Part shown: positions 8,948-16,311 of the stretch, piece by piece | Layout: the number at the start of each line of letters is the position of its first letter | Numbering within the stretch: the stretch's first letter is position 1 | Source of the DNA: Chlamydiota bacterium | GTDB lineage: Bacteria > Auribacterota > JACPWU01 | NCBI GenBank assembly: GCA_016196885.1 | Contig: JACPWU010000020.1 | Coordinates: forward strand, 1-32,000 | DNA length: 32,000 nt | Direction of reading: 5' to 3' | Position numbers and translations under genes: made by a program | Notes under the pieces: model-generated | Databases searched by the model: none | What the model saw: the letters and a program-made list of their open reading frames with translations, nothing else | Told to the model about the DNA's origin: nothing

Positions 8948-9326
8948 AAAAAAATTCTTCCAAAGAATCGCCCGCAAGACCTCGACGTGCCTGCCAGTAA
9001 ATCTGTACTTGAATTTTCCTCAATGCAGGGCCCTCCACGGAGACCTTGCAAGAAAAATTAAAATGGATATTCTCTACGGACCGAGACGGACAATCAAAAT
9101 GTTTTTCTAGAGGGGCCTGGCCGATCAAAACTTCAGATTCTATTTTCGCAAGCTCTATTTGAGCCAGTAAACCTGCCTCCTCTTCCAACTGAAGCTCGTG
9201 GTACTGAAAAATCTGATTTTGTAAAAACTGATAGGCCGACGGGAGAAGAATGGCGAGAATGCCCAGGGAAAGAATCGCTTCCAGAAGAATAAAACCTTGA
9301 CAATGAAAAGACCTTTTAGAACCCAC
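8922..9326 (-). CDS. Minor pseudopilin (GspI/GspH-like), prepilin-type N-terminal domain
   Basis: Has the QGFILLEAILSLGILAILL motif. The likely start is the GTG at 9326, 2 nt after the gspG stop. The ORF-track start at 9359 is a TTG that overlaps gspG. Confidence 0.6.
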   Translation of the reverse strand: MGSKRSFHCQGFILLEAILSLGILAILLPSAYQFLQNQIFQYHELQLEEEAGLLAQIELAKIESEVLIGQAPLEKHFDCPSRSVENIHFNFSCKVSVEGPALRKIQVQIYWQARRGLAGDSLEEFFYAPSQNKK

Positions 9327-9328
9327 CG

Positions 9329-9769
9329 TTAAACCGAATTTTCTTCGTTCAAATTCCAACTTTCAATATCCTGATCCCACCCTGAGCCACCCCGGCGGCC
9401 ATCCTGTCCAAAGGATGCAATGTCATAAGAACGCCCCTGAAGACCTGGCGAGAGATAAAGATAGGGATGCCCCCAGGGATCTAGCGGGATTTTATCTGCC
9501 TCTAAATATTTCTTATGATTTTGATTTCCTACTCGAATCAGCCCATCTAACCCCTCACTGCTGGTCGGGTATACTCCTCGATCCACGTTGAAAAATTCCA
9601 AGGCGTCCTGAAAAGATTTGATCTGAAGAACAGCCTTCAAGTGCTTGGCCTGCTTAGGCCGCTGTGAAAGTTGAGGAACAACAATGACAGCCAAAATCCC
9701 CAGAATGGCCATCACAATCAGAATTTCTAGTAAAGTAAACCCCCTTTTTTTAGACACGTGATAAAACAT
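9329..9769 (-). CDS. gspG: Type II secretion major pseudopilin GspG
   Basis: KRGFTLLEILIVMAILGILAVIVVPQ at the N-terminus, plus the C-terminal GspG signature DPWGHPYLYLSPG...YDIASFGQDGRRGGSGWDQDIESW. Confidence 0.9.
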   Translation of the reverse strand: MFYHVSKKRGFTLLEILIVMAILGILAVIVVPQLSQRPKQAKHLKAVLQIKSFQDALEFFNVDRGVYPTSSEGLDGLIRVGNQNHKKYLEADKIPLDPWGHPYLYLSPGLQGRSYDIASFGQDGRRGGSGWDQDIESWNLNEENSV

Positions 9770-9776
9770 GAAATGG

Positions 9777-9804
9777 ATTATACTTGAAAGCCCTCCCTTT
9801 TCAA
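9777..9804 (-). promoter_or_regulatory. Candidate sigma70 promoter of the gspG operon (leaderless or near-leaderless)
   Basis: On the minus strand, TTGAAA (9804-9799), a 16-nt spacer, then TATAAT (9782-9777). Only 7 nt separate the -10 box from the ATG at 9769, and there is no Shine-Dalgarno. Confidence 0.45.
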
Positions 9805-9812
9805 TAAATAAT
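9784..9812 (+). promoter_or_regulatory. Candidate sigma70 promoter of the D-aminoacylase/peptide-transport operon (leaderless or near-leaderless)
   Basis: TTGAAA (9784-9789), a 17-nt spacer, then AATAAT (9807-9812). Seven nt separate it from the ATG at 9820, and there is no Shine-Dalgarno. Confidence 0.4.
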
Positions 9813-9819
9813 AGCCATT

Positions 9820-11394
9820 ATGATTGATCTTCTCTTTAAAAATGTCTCTGTCGTTGATGGCACGGGAAGTAAGCCCAGGCTTTCCGATGTCGCCATTTCT
9901 GGCGATCACATCCTAGAGATTTCTCCAAAAATAGAGGCCTTGGCGAAAAAGGTCATTGATGGAAAAGAAAAAATTCTCTCACCCGGTTTTATTGACATGC
10001 ACGGCCACACCGATCATTTCTTTTGCGTGGATCCCCAATCCTCGAGCAAAGTCCTTCAAGGAGTCACAACAGAGGTCTGTGGAAATTGCGGCTATTCCCC
10101 TTTTCTGCTTACGCAAAAATTTATTCCTCACTTTCAGCCAGAATTAAATCAATACGGCCTGGATCAAAATTGGCATGACTTGGCATCCTTTAAAAATGCG
10201 GTCTCTCAATCGAAACCTGCGATCAACTGGCTCACCTTGGTAGGCCACGGAACACTGAGACTGGCATGCATGGGGTATGACAATCGGCCTCCCAGGCCTG
10301 AAGAATTAAAATGGATGAAGCTCGAGCTCGAGAAGGCCATGGACCAAGGGGCCATCGGGTTTTCAACAGGCCTCATTTATACGCCCGGCTGTTTTGCCGA
10401 GAAGGAAGAACTGATTGAACTGGGAAAAGTTGTGGCTCAAAAAGGGGGGTTCTATGCGACGCACATGAGAAGCGAAGGGGATCAACTGTTAGAATCCATT
10501 GAGGAAGCCCGCCTCATTGCTCGGACTTCTCAAATCCCTCTCCAAATTTCTCATCTTAAAACGGCCGGCGAAAAAAATTGGAATAAAATAGGTCCCGTTC
10601 TAGAAAGTTTAGAAAAGGCTCAAGCGAGTGGCGAAGACATTTTATGGGACCGCTACCCCTATGCCGCCTCCTTCACTTCTTTGGACACCTGTCTTTCTAG
10701 AGACCTCTTTGATGGGGGAGACCTTCAGGCCGTTCAAAGGCTGAAGGATCAAAAGATACGCGATCCATGGATTCATAAACTGAACGAGTTAAGCCCCCGG
10801 TTCGCAAGCACACTCATCGCCTATTTACCTGGCAAAGAGAATCAACAATGGATCGGAAAAAATTTAAACGAGTGCGCCCTTCTGAACAAAAAAACGATTG
10901 GAGAATTTGTCATTGACCTTTTGGTCGCTGAAAAAATGCAAGTGAACGCCATTTTCTTTTCCATGTCTGAAGAGAATTTAGACCGCATCCTTTCTCATCC
11001 GAGCGCCATGCTCGGGTCAGACGCCTCTGCAAGAAGCCGCAATGGAAAAACATTTTTAAATACGGTACACCCACGCACGTATGGGACTTTTCCAAGATTT
11101 ATTAAAAAATATGTCATAGACTCAAAAAAGATTTCTCTGGAAGAAGCCGTTCGAAAAATGACGGGCCTTGCCTCTCAAAGATTGAAACTTAAAAAGCGTG
11201 GGTTTATCAAGCGGGGTTATTACGCTGATCTCGTTTTGTTCGATCCCAAAACTCTAGAAGACTGTGCCACCTTTCAAAATTCGACAGAAGATTCAAAAGG
11301 AATAGAAAGGGTCTTGGTCAACGGAAAAACAGTGGTTGAAAAAGGAAGAGAGACAGCGCAAAGAGCCGGGATTTTTCTGGAAAGAGAAGCGTGA
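9820..11394 (+). CDS. N-acyl-D-amino-acid deacylase (D-aminoacylase), amidohydrolase superfamily
   Basis: 524 aa with GFIDMHGHTD (metal HxH), QGVTTEVCGNCG, the THMRSEG block and the C-terminal ADLVLFDP motif typical of this family. Confidence 0.85.
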   Translation: MIDLLFKNVSVVDGTGSKPRLSDVAISGDHILEISPKIEALAKKVIDGKEKILSPGFIDMHGHTDHFFCVDPQSSSKVLQGVTTEVCGNCGYSPFLLTQKFIPHFQPELNQYGLDQNWHDLASFKNAVSQSKPAINWLTLVGHGTLRLACMGYDNRPPRPEELKWMKLELEKAMDQGAIGFSTGLIYTPGCFAEKEELIELGKVVAQKGGFYATHMRSEGDQLLESIEEARLIARTSQIPLQISHLKTAGEKNWNKIGPVLESLEKAQASGEDILWDRYPYAASFTSLDTCLSRDLFDGGDLQAVQRLKDQKIRDPWIHKLNELSPRFASTLIAYLPGKENQQWIGKNLNECALLNKKTIGEFVIDLLVAEKMQVNAIFFSMSEENLDRILSHPSAMLGSDASARSRNGKTFLNTVHPRTYGTFPRFIKKYVIDSKKISLEEAVRKMTGLASQRLKLKKRGFIKRGYYADLVLFDPKTLEDCATFQNSTEDSKGIERVLVNGKTVVEKGRETAQRAGIFLEREA

Positions 11395-12104
11395 ATATGA
11401 AACCTGAAATTGCCATTTTAACAGGCCTAGAAAAGCCGCCGGAAAAACCTTATCCGGACGCGGTCACAAATTATTTTCAAGCCGTTTCAGACTCCGGGGG
11501 AGAACCTCGACTTCTTTCACCCTTGGATGCTTCCAGTGCCTCACCTCTTTCTTACATCCATGGCCTTTTACTCACAGGAGGCGGAGACATCCCTTCTTAT
11601 TTTTGGGGAGAAAAATCAGACATTCCCCCAAAATCAAAAGACGAAAGAAGAGCAAAGTTCGAAATTCCTCTCATCCGTCAAGCGGCTCAGCAAAAAATAC
11701 CCATCCTAGGAATATGCCTGGGACTTCAAGCCATCAATGTCGCTTTTGGAGGAAGCCTCTACACCGATTTTACAACGACGGCACATTCTCAACTTCACTG
11801 TCGAAAATTAGACGGGAGCTCCTCTTATCACAAAATTGAAGTTTTAGAAAAAACCAAACTAAGAGAAATTCTGCCGCCCGTGACCGAAGTGAACAGCCGC
11901 CACCATCAAGCCATCAAACGCTTGGGAAAAGGGCTTCAGATCTGTGCCGTCGCCCAGGATGGCATCATTGAAGGGATTGAAGGGAAGGACTTTCCCTGGC
12001 TAATAGGTGTCCAATGGCATCCTGAAGACCTGTTTCAGGATCATCCCACTCAGCACAAAATCTTCGAAAAATTTGTCGAGGCATGTAGAAAATATGAGAC
12101 TTAA
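11391..12104 (+). CDS. Gamma-glutamyl-gamma-aminobutyrate hydrolase family protein (peptidase C26, class I glutamine amidotransferase-like)
   Basis: ILGICLGLQAINVAFGG (nucleophile Cys), SRHHQAI and GVQWHPE. The start is either the GTG at 11391 (GTGA overlap with the upstream stop) or the ATG at 11397. Confidence 0.85.
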   Translation: MNMKPEIAILTGLEKPPEKPYPDAVTNYFQAVSDSGGEPRLLSPLDASSASPLSYIHGLLLTGGGDIPSYFWGEKSDIPPKSKDERRAKFEIPLIRQAAQQKIPILGICLGLQAINVAFGGSLYTDFTTTAHSQLHCRKLDGSSSYHKIEVLEKTKLREILPPVTEVNSRHHQAIKRLGKGLQICAVAQDGIIEGIEGKDFPWLIGVQWHPEDLFQDHPTQHKIFEKFVEACRKYET

Positions 12105-13734
12105 AAATAAAAGTTGGAAGTTGGAAGTTGGAAGTTGGATGCAAAAACCAAGAACATTCTTTTCTTTTTTGCCTTTAACCTTCAACCTTCAACCTCCAAC
12201 TTTCTTCTTAATCAGTCTGTGCATTTTATTCCTCCATGGCTGCTCTAGACCTATAGATGATTCTAAAACCCTCAACCTCTACTTCGATGCAGACCCCATC
12301 ACTTTAGATCCCGCCCTCATCACGGACGTTCGCAGTGGAAAATTGGCCGCGCTTCTTTACGACACGCTTCTTCAATATGATGAAAAATTAACTCTCATCT
12401 CTAGTCTCGCAAAATCTTGGAAAATTTCGAAAGACGGCAAGGTCTATACCTTTCTTCTCAGATCTGACGTCCCCTTTTCAAATGGGCGCTTTTTAAAAGC
12501 TAGAGATGTCCGCTTCAGCCTAGAACGCCTGGCTTCTCCCTCTAATCAATCCCCCCGAGCTTGGATTTTATCTCATGTTCAGGGATTTCAAGAATTTCAA
12601 GAAAAGAAGAACAAACATATCTGTGGGATCAGAATTCTCAATTCCCACAAAATAAAAATTGTTCTCCAGAGGCCTTTCTCACCTTTTTTATCGATGCTCA
12701 CCATGCCCAATGCCAGCATTATTTCTAGGCAATCAGGCCAAGCCTTCATTGGCTCAGGACCTTTTAGACTTGCTCATTGGCGTCATGATTATGAAATGGT
12801 GCTTAAAAAAAATCCTAACTATTTTCAAGGGGCTCCCGAGATCAAGCAAATTTGCTTTAGAATCATCAAAGAAACCCTTTTCGTCTCTTCAGAATTTAGA
12901 CGCGGACATCTGGATATGATAGAAGTCCCAGGCCCTGAACTCTCTCTTTATTTAAAAGATCCCCAATGGGAAAATCACCTTGTCTTTCAAGAGAATCCCA
13001 ATCTTTATTATCTGGGATTCAATTGCCGTCAAGAAGCCCTTCAAAAAAGTGAAATACGTAAGGCGATCGCCACCGCCATCGACCTCCCTCTACTGCTTGA
13101 AACCCTCAAAAAAAATAAGGCCTCTCGGATCAACGGTCCCATACCCTCTCTTTTAGAGGACCCTTCTCCCCTCCAACCTCTTTCCTACCATCCTGATTTG
13201 GCTCGAGAAATTCTCATTCAGAATCATTTTAATTTTGACCGTCCATTGACCCTGCTTCAAAGCAGCAACGAAGAAACCCTAGAGCTCTCAGAGGCGCTCC
13301 AATTCATGCTTCAAGCGATTGGCGTTCAAGTTAAAATTGTGGAAAAAGAATGGAGCTCCTTTAAATCGAGTTTGAACCAAGGAGATTTCGACCTCTTTCT
13401 CATCAGTTGGTGGGCTGATTATCCGGACGGAGAAAATTTTCTCTATCCCCTTTTTCACTCCTCCAATTGGCCGAGCGGTGGAAATTATACAGGCTTTTCA
13501 AATTTAGAAATAGATTCCTTGATTGAAAAATTACAAAACTCATCCTCTTCTAACGAACAAAGAAAAATATCCGATACGATTCAAGAAAAAATATTAGACG
13601 AATCCCCCCTTGTTCCGCTCTACAGTTCACGAACGTGCTTGCTCGAACAGCCCTGGATCAAAGGCTACACGCCTCATCCCCTTTACAATGGCAATAAATA
13701 TCTTCATATCTCAAAGGAGATTTCCTCTCCATGA
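12094..13734 (+). CDS. ABC transporter substrate-binding protein, family 5 (peptide/nickel; OppA/DppA-like), probable lipoprotein
   Basis: Family-5 SBP length and motifs (DADPITLDPA, WWADYPD). FLHGC is a lipobox-like site. The start is uncertain, either the ATG at 12094 or at 12139. The track start at 12007 lies inside the previous gene. Confidence 0.85.
   Translation: MRLKNKSWKLEVGSWMQKPRTFFSFLPLTFNLQPPTFFLISLCILFLHGCSRPIDDSKTLNLYFDADPITLDPALITDVRSGKLAALLYDTLLQYDEKLTLISSLAKSWKISKDGKVYTFLLRSDVPFSNGRFLKARDVRFSLERLASPSNQSPRAWILSHVQGFQEFQEKKNKHICGIRILNSHKIKIVLQRPFSPFLSMLTMPNASIISRQSGQAFIGSGPFRLAHWRHDYEMVLKKNPNYFQGAPEIKQICFRIIKETLFVSSEFRRGHLDMIEVPGPELSLYLKDPQWENHLVFQENPNLYYLGFNCRQEALQKSEIRKAIATAIDLPLLLETLKKNKASRINGPIPSLLEDPSPLQPLSYHPDLAREILIQNHFNFDRPLTLLQSSNEETLELSEALQFMLQAIGVQVKIVEKEWSSFKSSLNQGDFDLFLISWWADYPDGENFLYPLFHSSNWPSGGNYTGFSNLEIDSLIEKLQNSSSSNEQRKISDTIQEKILDESPLVPLYSSRTCLLEQPWIKGYTPHPLYNGNKYLHISKEISSP
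12109..12204 (+). repeat. Inverted heptamer arrays forming a long hairpin around the SBP start codon
   Basis: (GTTGGAA)x4 lies at 12113-12140. The complementary array CTTCAAC CTTCAAC CTCCAAC lies at 12178-12204. That gives about 26 paired positions, with 3 A-C mismatches and 2 G-U pairs on the + strand. Confidence 0.85.
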
Positions 13735-14672
13735 AAAATTATTTTTTGAAAAAATTATCGAGCTCTGTCTTTGTTTTATTGGGAACTCTGCTCCTTACCT
13801 TTATTCTCATTCAAGCCATTCCGGGAGATCCCATCCAAAATTTCATAGGTCAAAGGGCCGATCTAGAAACCATCGCCCATCTAAAACAGGAATGGGGGCT
13901 GGACCAATCTATTCCTTATCAATTCATGAAATACATCGGGAGAACTCTTCAAGGCAATCTGGGACAATCCTATTTCACCCATGAGTCCGTTCTCAACAAT
14001 TTGCTCGAGCGATTACCTGTGACAGCTCTTTTGGCAGCCCTGGCCATTCTGATCGGCGCCTTGATAGGAATTCCTTTTGGGATTTTATCGGCAACATATC
14101 CCAACACCTTTCTAGCAAAAATGCTTCTTTTTCTCACCCTCTTGGGAAGTTCTTTACCTGTTTTCTGGGCCGGGGTTCTCATTCTCATTGCGGTGTCTAA
14201 AATTAAAATGTTGGATGCCACGAACAGCCTCAGTCCTCTGGCGATCAATTTATTTTTGGCGGCCCTTGTTTTAGGAATCCGTCCCTGGGCCATGTTGGCC
14301 CGCGTCACCCAATCTCAAATGGGAGAAGTGCTCCAGGAGGACTATATCCTGAGCGCCTGGGCGCGGGGTCTCTCGAAAAAGAGAATCATTCTCAATCACG
14401 CACTTCGGAATTGTTGGGCCCCTATTTTAACAGCCCTGGCTCTAGACTTTGGAAGCCTCTTAAGTGGGGCCGCCATCACGGAAACCATTTTTGGAATCCC
14501 GGGCATGGGAAAATTTGCCCTCACAGGTCTTGCCAGGAGAGATTATCCTGTCATCATGGGCATGGTCCTTTTTTCAGCACTCATTTTTATCAGCATTAAT
14601 TTTTTGACAGACTTGATGCTTCCAATATTAGATCCAAAAATTAAAAGAAATAACTCCCCCAACCCCTCTTAA
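13731..14672 (+). CDS. Peptide ABC transporter permease (OppB/DppB-like)
   Basis: 313 aa with six TM segments and the SAWARGLSKKRIILNHALRN EAA-loop region. ATGA overlap with the SBP stop. Confidence 0.9.
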   Translation: MKNYFLKKLSSSVFVLLGTLLLTFILIQAIPGDPIQNFIGQRADLETIAHLKQEWGLDQSIPYQFMKYIGRTLQGNLGQSYFTHESVLNNLLERLPVTALLAALAILIGALIGIPFGILSATYPNTFLAKMLLFLTLLGSSLPVFWAGVLILIAVSKIKMLDATNSLSPLAINLFLAALVLGIRPWAMLARVTQSQMGEVLQEDYILSAWARGLSKKRIILNHALRNCWAPILTALALDFGSLLSGAAITETIFGIPGMGKFALTGLARRDYPVIMGMVLFSALIFISINFLTDLMLPILDPKIKRNNSPNPS

Positions 14673-14723
14673 AATAAGAGGGGAGCTCTGCTCCTTTTGT
14701 ACTCTCCCCTTACTTAAGGGGAG
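14663..14723. repeat. Twin short palindromes (REP-like) between the two permease genes
   Basis: CCCCTCTTA-aaa-TAAGAGGGG (14663-14683) and CTCCCCTTA-ct-TAAGGGGAG (14704-14723). A related copy, CCCCGCTTA-tt-TAAGGGGGG, lies at 30218-30237. Confidence 0.7.
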
Positions 14724-14762
14724 ATGGAGGGGTTAATTTTTTATTAAAAAAGTAAAAAAATC

Positions 14763-15578
14763 ATGAAACTAAAATTAGATACATCCGGCCTCATCGGCCT
14801 CTTAGGAATCATTTTATTATTTTTGCTGGCCCTGGGTGCCCCTTTCATTGGACAACATTCTCCCTTTAAAATGAACCTTGTGAGTGAACCACAAGGCCCC
14901 AGCATCCAGCACTTATTCGGAACAGACCCACTGGGAAGAGATTTATTTGCAAGAACGCTCTATGCCCTGAGGCACAGCCTTTTCATCAGTGCTGTAGCGA
15001 GCCTTCTCACACTGGGCCTGGGCGCTTTTTTAGGGATGCTGAGCGGCTACTTCCGAGGTGTGATAGACCTGGGCCTCATGGGGCTCATAGACTGCATGCT
15101 GGCCTTTCCTACGCTTCTCTTGACCCTTGCTGTTTGTGCCGTCCTAGGTCCTGGCAACAGGACCCTTCTTATTTCCCTCGTTATTTCTGGATGGGCCGGT
15201 TCTGCCCGAATCATCCGCTCACACGTTCAATCCATTCGCTCCAAAGAATTTGTGATCTCTAGCCTTCTCTTGGGAGCCTCCCACACACATGTTCTCAAAA
15301 AACATATTTTCCCCCATTGCCTGCCTCTCCTCTGTGTGCTTCTTCCAACTTTATTGGGCACCAACCTTCTTTCAGAATGCAGTCTCTCTTTTCTCGGATT
15401 CGGCCTTCCTCCCCCTCACCCCACATTAGGAAAAATGGTTTACGAAGGGGCTCGTTACTTTAGACTGGCCCCCTGGTGGAGTTTTTTTCCGGGCCTCGTC
15501 ATTGCCCTTGGAATTTTAAGTGTAAATCTTCTGGGAGACAGCCTCCGCAAGAATTTACAAGGGGACACCCATGATTAA
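14763..15578 (+). CDS. Peptide ABC transporter permease (OppC/DppC-like)
   Basis: 271 aa polytopic membrane protein with an LLLGASHTHVLKKHIFPHCLP EAA-loop-like region. Confidence 0.9.
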   Translation: MKLKLDTSGLIGLLGIILLFLLALGAPFIGQHSPFKMNLVSEPQGPSIQHLFGTDPLGRDLFARTLYALRHSLFISAVASLLTLGLGAFLGMLSGYFRGVIDLGLMGLIDCMLAFPTLLLTLAVCAVLGPGNRTLLISLVISGWAGSARIIRSHVQSIRSKEFVISSLLLGASHTHVLKKHIFPHCLPLLCVLLPTLLGTNLLSECSLSFLGFGLPPPHPTLGKMVYEGARYFRLAPWWSFFPGLVIALGILSVNLLGDSLRKNLQGDTHD

Positions 15579-16311
15579 CATCAAAAATTTGACCCTCTCC
15601 TTTCCCCATCCTCAAAAAGGATTTGTAAATGTCGTGGAAAATCTCTCTCTTGAAATTTCTAAAAATAAAATCCTCGGGTGGGTCGGCGAATCAGGCTCCG
15701 GAAAAACCATGACCGCTCTTTCGATCGCAGGACTTTTAAAATTAAAATTTCCCAGTGCTCGAATGAAAGGACAAATTTTGTATGAAGGCGAAGACCTTGC
15801 TTCAGCCGATGAGAAGAAGCTTCGCCTCTTGCGAGGAAAGAAAATCAGCATGATTTTTCAAAATCCCTTCACATTTTTTAATCCCTCAATCAAAATAGGT
15901 CATCAATTTAAAGAAATCTCAAGAGGACCTTCCTCTCCTATTTCTGAAATCCTCAAAAAAGTAGAGCTCTATGACCCAAATAGAATTTTAAAAAGTTATC
16001 CCTACGAATTAAGCGGAGGACAATTGCAGCGGCTGGCGATTGCCCAAGCCATTCTGCACGACCCTGAAATCATCATTGCCGACGAACCCACTACGGCGCT
16101 CGATGCCTCCCTCAAATGGGGAATTTTAACCCTCCTCAAAAAAATCAAAGAGGAGCAAGGGCTAACACTCGTCCTGATTTCGCATGACCTCGCTTCCCTC
16201 CCAGGAATCTGTGATGAAATCGCCCTTTTTGATCGAGGGCATTTGCTCAAAAAAACACCCGCAGCTACTTTCTTCGAAAAAACAGGGACATCCCTATGCC
16301 CCTCCTCTTAG
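15571..16311 (+). CDS. Peptide ABC transporter ATP-binding protein (OppD/DppD-like, short form)
   Basis: Walker A GESGSGKT, signature LSGGQLQR and Walker B IIIADEPTTALD. It is only 246 aa and has no C-terminal oligopeptide-transporter extension. Confidence 0.9.
   Translation: MINIKNLTLSFPHPQKGFVNVVENLSLEISKNKILGWVGESGSGKTMTALSIAGLLKLKFPSARMKGQILYEGEDLASADEKKLRLLRGKKISMIFQNPFTFFNPSIKIGHQFKEISRGPSSPISEILKKVELYDPNRILKSYPYELSGGQLQRLAIAQAILHDPEIIIADEPTTALDASLKWGILTLLKKIKEEQGLTLVLISHDLASLPGICDEIALFDRGHLLKKTPAATFFEKTGTSLCPSS

Noticed and set aside
12007-12093. Long N-terminal extension of the substrate-binding protein ORF (track start at 12007).
   Set aside because: It would overlap the preceding C26 hydrolase gene by ~98 nt in another frame. 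It would also add a non-signal-peptide-like leader. The ATGs at 12094 and 12139 are more plausible.
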